Source: Octopus bimaculoides (taxonomy: Eukaryota). Taken from it: a DNA stretch of 39,519 bases. The stretch lies in contig NC_068984.1 in NCBI RefSeq assembly GCF_001194135.2, forward strand, positions 143,678,817 through 143,718,335, in the 5' to 3' direction. The position numbers and the translations under genes were made by a program. Positions 33,143 to 39,519 of the stretch are shown in pieces. The first letter of the stretch is position 1. Each line of letters begins with the position of its first letter. The notes under the pieces were generated by a model, which did no database searches, was not told the DNA's origin, and saw nothing but the letters and a program-made list of their open reading frames with translations.

Positions 33143-34966
33143 GGTGATGATGATGATGATGATTATGATGGTGATGATTATGGTGACGACGATGATGATG
33201 ATGTTCATGATGACGATGATGATGATGATAGACGAGGATGATGATGACGATGATGATAACGATGGTGACAACAATGATGATGACGATGACGATGATGATG
33301 AAGAGGAGGGGAGGAAGNNNNNNNNNNNNNNNNNNNNNNNNNNNNNNNNNNNNNNNNNNNNNNNNNNNNNNNNNNNNNNNNNNNNNNNNNNNNNNNNNNN
33401 NNNNNNNNNNNNNNNNNNNNNNNNNNNNNNNNNNNNNNNNNNNNNNNNNNNNNNNNNNNNNNNNNNNNNNNNNNNNNNNNNNNNNNNNNNNNNNNNNNNN
33501 NNNNNNNNNNNNNNNNNNNNNNNNNNNNNNNNNNNNNNNNNNNNNNNNNNNNNNNNNNNNNNNNNNNNNNNNNNNNNNNNNNNNNNNNNNNNNNNNNNNN
33601 NNNNNNNNNNNNNNNNNNNNNNNNNNNNNNNNNNNNNNNNNNNNNNNNNNNNNNNNNNNNNNNNNNNNNNNNNNNNNNNNNNNNNNNNNNNNNNNNNNNN
33701 NNNNNNNNNNNNNNNNNNNNNNNNNNNNNNNNNNNNNNNNNNNNNNNNNNNNNNNNNNNNNNNNNNNNNNNNNNNNNNNNNNNNNNNNNNNNNNNNNNNN
33801 NNNNNNNNNNNNNNNNNNNNNNNNNNNNNNNNNNNNNNNNNNNNNNNNNNNNNNNNNNNNNNNNNNNNNNNNNNNNNGTGGTCGGGGCGGTGAATATGGT
33901 GGTCGTGTTTGTAAAGATGGAGTCGGTGGCGGCGGCGATGGGGTAGGAGGCGGTGGTGTTGTATTTTTAATGAGTAAATGTACGGACATGTGCACGTGCC
34001 TCTATATGTGCTTGTATGTATGTGTTTCTGTGTGTGTGTGTGTATGTGTGTGTGTGTTTACTCATATATATGCATATATATGTGTGTATTTACATGTGTG
34101 TACATATGTATATATAACCATATATATTTATATGTATTTGTATATATGTATATATATATATATATATATATGCTTGTATGTTAGCATATATATTCACATG
34201 CAAATATATGTCCGTGTGTATGTATATGTATGTTTCACAAATATATCCATATATACGCATATACAAACATTCACATGTGTGTGTCTGCGTCAGTGAGGCC
34301 GGCCGATATATTTTTGATGACAGGGTATGTGTTCGTGTGTGTGCATGTGCCTGTGTGTAAGCGTGAGTGTGCCTGTAAGCGCTAGTATATATATATGTGC
34401 ACGCACGCCTGTATATGTGTGCGTGTGATTGTGTGTGTGTGTGTGTGTGCGCGTGTGTGTGCGTGTATGCGTGTGTGTATATGTGTGTGAGACAAATCCA
34501 ACCTTCCCGCCCCCGCCAGGTCTCCGTAAATTCCAGACGTGGTCTCGCCATTAGTCACCTTCTAAAACACATGCAATGTGCCAACAGTCTCCATGGTCCT
34601 CTTAGCCATACATCCCATACAACATACTCCATACGCATACATGTATACACAGTTACACACGTACACTAACAACATATACTACACACACACGCTCTGTTTT
34701 CTGCTTACGTTTGCATATTTATGTAGGCAAGGATGCATACTTAACATTTATGCGTAACAATATGTATGAATGTGCATATGTACTGATGTATTTACGTGTA
34801 TATGCATGTATTATATACATGTGCATGTAGGCATGCATATAACGTGTGAACATGTATGTGCGTGCGCTTATGTATGTATTTCTATGTGTGAATGTGTAAA
34901 GCTTTTGGCCTCTGTTTGGAAATTCATACATATTTTAAATCGTATGTGTATATATANNNNNNNNNN

Positions 34967-34999
<33 letters not shown>

Positions 35000-35166
35000 A
35001 CATATATACACACATATATACATACATATATATATACACACATATACATATATACATGTGTGGTGTGTATATATATATATATATATATATGTCTGTGTGT
35101 ATGTATATATACATATATATGTGTGTGTATGTATATATACATACATATATATGTGTGTGTGGTGTA

Positions 35167-35202
<36 letters not shown>

Positions 35203-35332
35203 NNNNNNNNNNNNNNNNNNNNNNNNNNNNNNNNNNNNNNNNNNNNNNNNNNNNNATATATATAAATATACATACATATATACACATACGTGTGTGTGTG
35301 TGTGTGTGTGTGTGTGTCTGTGTGTGTGTGTG

Positions 35333-35367
<35 letters not shown>
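33143..35367. repeat. (GAT)n/(GAC)n tract and (TG)n/(TA)n/(TATG)n fields
   Basis: Direct reading; interrupted by three gaps. Confidence 0.92.
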
Positions 35368-35370
<3 letters not shown>

Positions 35371-35618
35371 GCAAGAGAAATCATTGGAGTTTATTCATAA
35401 AATATTTAGTACCTAAATATTTTATGACCAGTCTTCTTTGCTGTTTTGTAGTTCACCTTCATGTACTCTGTGACCTTATCCGGCGATAGAATCCAGTCAA
35501 ATGAATCTCGGATGACAAAGGCAATCATTACTCGGAGTATTCTTACAGGGTGTGTAAGAATACATTGACAGCTGTAAATGCTGCCTATTTGCTATACAAT
35601 TCAATATTTAAATCACAC

Positions 35619-35652
<34 letters not shown>

Positions 35653-35982
35653 AAGAGAGAGAGAGAGGGGGAGGGAGAAAGAGAGAGAGAAGGGAAGGAG
35701 AGAGAGAGAGATAAACACACAGAAACAAACACATATATGTGTGAAGGGATGATTAGCTGGCTGAAATGCCCACATATAACATCCAATGGTACATCTTTTT
35801 TCTTCTGATGAAATTATAGTCATATAACATGTTACATAAAAGTAGATTTAATATACAAAATTGTAATTAAATTATTGAGTATTAATTGAAACAGCTGTAA
35901 AAAGCAAAGATGACTAATTTGTTCATCATAGACAATTATTATCTTCCTTATCTCCATTCTCTTTTCTTTCCCTCTTTAAAAT

Positions 35983-36032
<50 letters not shown>

Positions 36033-36129
36033 CACAGGGTGCGTAAGATATTTGATGACATAACTTTTTGGGACCATTGCTGTATTTCTTGCTAACTCAA
36101 TATAATCTTTGTCTTGGAAAATAACAATA

Positions 36130-36610
36130 ATAGCAGGCCCTCAGCTTACTCAAGAAACGAAGAGGCATGCTGTTATTGTGGTTATATAGGCTGAGTATAG
36201 CGATTTAGAAATACCTCGATTTTAAAAAGTTGCCAGATCTTTCCTCTACAAAGTTTGTAAGAAGCTAAAGAGTGAAGATGGAAACGTATCACCAGTATCA
36301 AAGCATAAAAAGCATTCAAAAGGCTCTGAGATCATCAGAATACTACCTGAATTTATCCAGCAAGTTCAACAGACCATTGATTACAATCCAACAAAGTCCA
36401 TGAGGTCAATTGCAGAAGATCTCCATTTGTCAGAAGGAACAGTCCAGAATTGTTGTCCACGAAGATATCAGATATAAGTCTTATATGATGAGGAAAGGTC
36501 AATTTGTCAGAAAAGAAACGAAAATCATTACATCAGATTTAAAAAGTTCTTAAACAAACTAAAAAATCCAGCAGAAGAAGATTTGATTAGATTTTTCTCA
36601 AACGAGACAA
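36130..36610 (+). pseudogene. N-terminal transposase relic, maT/DD37D-like (Tc1/mariner superfamily)
   Basis: Frameshifted QLTQETKRHAVIV..SDLEIPRF*KVARSFLYKV...PEFIQQVQQTIDYNPTKSMRSIAEDLHLSEGTV / VHEDIRYKSYMMRKGQF / KFLNKLKNP..DLIRFFSNET contains HTH regions and the first catalytic motif (FFSDE mutated to FFSNE). The family call is from memory of maT-like proteins; the triad spacing is not visible. Confidence 0.75.
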
Positions 36611-36873
36611 GCGTGGGGGTGAGGATATTGTGATTTCAGTCACTTATATGCCACGGAAACCGAATATGATATTATGAGGCTCAGAATCCGGGGGAATTCT
36701 CAAGGGAGTTATTTTTTTATTATAACAGTTATAATTCGGGCAAGGCGCCCTGCATCACTAGAATATTGTCAACAATGACTGTTTTGGCTAGTTAAGCAAT
36801 CGTCAGACTGCTAGGCAGTAGAATTAATTTTGACTTTATATAATCTGGTTGAGGTTAAATAACCTCTAAAGAA

Positions 36874-37100
36874 TAACATAACCCCAAATTTAATCGATAA
36901 AAATTTCTCCAAGATACTTCTCCATAACAGCCCATCCTAAAACCTAATTACCACCCACACTCGAATCGACATACATAAGGAAAATTTTAACTTAACAGAG
37001 ATTATATAAAGCCCATATTAATTTCAATGAAGCGCAGATTCGGAGATGGCTTAACTGGCCGAAATTTCGAAGTCACTGTCAACTATAGTCTGGTTGAAAG
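36874..37100. mobile_element. Family D unclassified interspersed repeat, copy 3
   Basis: Colinear with 18843-19060. Confidence 0.75.
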
Positions 37101-37209
37101 GTTATAAATTTGTACTCTTCAAAAGTATGGAGGAACATATAATATTAATGAAACATTTTTTATATTATTTGGTTTGATTATAACTCAATATGAAAGAAAC
37201 ATTAACATA

Positions 37210-37600
37210 CACGGAGTGGCTGTGTGGTAAGTAGCTTGCTTGCCAACCACATGGTTCCGGGTTCAGTCTTCAGTCCCAGTGCGTGGTACCTTGGGCAAGT
37301 GTCTTCTACTATAGCCTCGGGCCGACCAAAGCCTTGAGTGGATTTGGTAGACGGAAACTGACAGAAGCCTGTCGTATATGTGTGTGTGTGTGTGTGTGTT
37401 TATGTGTCCTTCCTACCATCGCTTGACAACAGATGCTGGTAAGTTTACGTCCCCGTAGCTGAGCGATTCGACAAAAGAAACCGATAGAATAAGTATGAGG
37501 CTTACAAAGAATAAGTCCTGGGGTCGATTTGTTCGACTAAAGGCGGTGCTCCCGCATGGCCGCAGTCAAATGACTGAAACAAATGAAAGACTAAAAGAAT
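37210..37600 (+). mobile_element. SINE family A, full length
   Basis: GGAGTGGCTGTGTGGTAAGTAGC head, B box carrying a 7-nt duplication (TTCAGTC twice), CCTTGGGCAAGT, central (TG)n, A-rich tail running into (TA)n. Confidence 0.93.
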
Positions 37601-37607
37601 ATATATA

Positions 37608-37659
<52 letters not shown>

Positions 37660-38757
37660 TAAAAGTGAAAAGAAAATGTAGATTTATGATTGACACATAT
37701 TAATTGATTAACGTAATATTATAATCCAAAGTTTTTCTCTGCTATAATGAGTATAACACCGTCAGCCAATGAAAAATTGGATGTTTCCATCCCTATAGAA
37801 GAGACTGTTTTCCTAGCATTGGATTTTAATTGTTTTTGTATGTGTGTGTGTCTATACACACACACAGCTCCCATACACATATATACATGCACACACAGCT
37901 CCCATACACATATATACATACACACGCATCTCCCAAACACACATACACGCACACTCAAATATTTAAGTACACGATCATCTAACTGGAAATAGAAAAATGT
38001 TGCACTTAGAGAACAAAAGCGCGCTATTGCCAACATGGCATTGTCTTACGCCAAACATGAATTGCCTAGCAATAAGTCATGTTACCAAACGACAAAATAG
38101 GTATTTTCTATTTTAATCTCAAATCTATTTCTCTATCGTTGTACTCTCAATCAACTACTCCCATGGAAATAGAAAAGCGTATTTGCGGGCTATATTTTCT
38201 ACAGATAGTCTTGTTTTCTGTATGTTCTACAACTCAATGGAATCCGTCAGTGTATGTCTACAGCGAGCTTTTTACGCAACCCGAAGTTGGCCGTTATAAA
38301 CAGACGATGAAAGAAGAGCGCAAAATGACAGCTTCTGTAGAGGATTATTGTGTGTTAATAGGTACGTGTGCATGTGTGTGTATGAGAGAGAGAAAGAGTG
38401 AGTGAACGCGTGTGCTCTGATGTATGTGAAAGTGGTATTCCTCTCTTTAACTCTCACTCTCCCTCTATCTCTCTCTCTCTCTTTCTCTCTCTCTCAAATC
38501 CATTTCATATATACGTTCATACATCTTTCACTTTCTCCTCTCAATTTAAAACAAAAGTAACAGGTGATTTTCAGGACAAAAATTCTTAAAATAAAAAAGC
38601 TTCTACTGATGTAAATTAATTACTATTATTTGGATAGATGTGTGTCAAACTTTGCACAGATGTCTGTATCTCGCTTTACGTACGAATATATGCACATATT
38701 TATCTATGCTATGTACGTATATTTATGTATATATACGCATCTACCTGCATATACGAG

Positions 38758-38824
<67 letters not shown>

Positions 38825-39364
38825 CAAATAATAAATGAGTATATGCATATATACGTACAGGTATGTGCATGCCTACGTCTACCTGTATATATAGGTGCAT
38901 ATCTGGGTACAGGACATTGCAAACAAAACGTAGACAAGAAAATAATAATAACCAGAGTACAGAAAACACATGTATGCATGTATGTATTTGTCCATACGTG
39001 TGCGTGTATCTAGTTGTATGTATATACCCATATACTTGGATGTGCGTGTGTGAGCTCCTATGTATATATATATATATATATATATGTAACTCTGTATGTA
39101 TATGTGCATCTAAGCACGCACACAAAAAATTTTCGTCTAAGTATTATCTTCCATTCAACTTCTACTTCCATTTCCTTCTCTCAACAGCGAAGGCTTATTA
39201 CGTCATTTACTCTAAACTAGAATTTATAATTTTCACGTTCATATTTGAATTTTTTGCGTTTCAATTTTTCTCTGTCTTTTACTTATTCTTATTCTCGAAG
39301 TTGATGGACGTATAGCGGTATGTAAAACCGAATCAGAAAATCTTTCGTAAAACTTTTTCTTGAT

Positions 39365-39406
39365 GTACCCGAAGAGACCCAGAACGGGTCGAAACATGTG
39401 TCGTAC
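39365..39406 (+). ncRNA. Minimal type-I hammerhead ribozyme of Penelope-associated type (U4C variant)
   Basis: Helix I GTAC/GTAC, core CCGAAGA, helix II GACCC(AGAAC)GGGTC, GAAA, palindromic ACATGT, GTC cleavage triplet (39400-39402); AATAAA at 39409-39414. Confidence 0.72.
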
Positions 39407-39519
39407 CCAATAAAATCTTTTCTCCTTCCATCTATTTTATTAATAATGTTGGCCCAACATCCACTACGAAGTTCCTGCAATAAATCTACGGCTAACAACA
39501 GGTGATCGAAACTGTGCCG

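Noticed and set aside
38205-38361. Plus-strand 157-nt exon candidate inside ORF 38079-38405
   Set aside because: Splice signals are only moderate and the peptide is unrecognisable; phase compatibility with other candidates is not enough.

Overview
Eukaryotic, gap-riddled, repeat-saturated scaffold segment (11 N-gaps) with no intact protein-coding ORF; almost all entries in the ORF track are microsatellite or gap artefacts. The mix of tRNA-derived SINEs, R4/Dong-, RTE- and Tx1-like LINE relics and extreme microsatellite density resembles a coleoid cephalopod, probably an octopus (inference). Supported content: two tandem 5'-truncated R4/Dong-like LINE ends, each ending in (ACAT)n; an RTE-like 3' end with three decayed C2H2 fingers; a Tx1-like endonuclease relic; four Tc1/mariner relics (one DD36E, two mariner, one maT-like); at least four SINE-like families; and three hammerhead-ribozyme-like motifs of the Penelope-associated minimal type. 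Candidate small exons suggest the window lies inside the long introns of a minus-strand gene. The best leads are an apparently (ACAT)n-targeting RLE retrotransposon, the hammerheads (one with a long helix II), an anticodon-armless tRNA-like unit between direct repeats, a perfect 111-bp inverted SINE duplication and a recurrent SINE tail-to-head junction. All alignments were done by eye; no database search was run.
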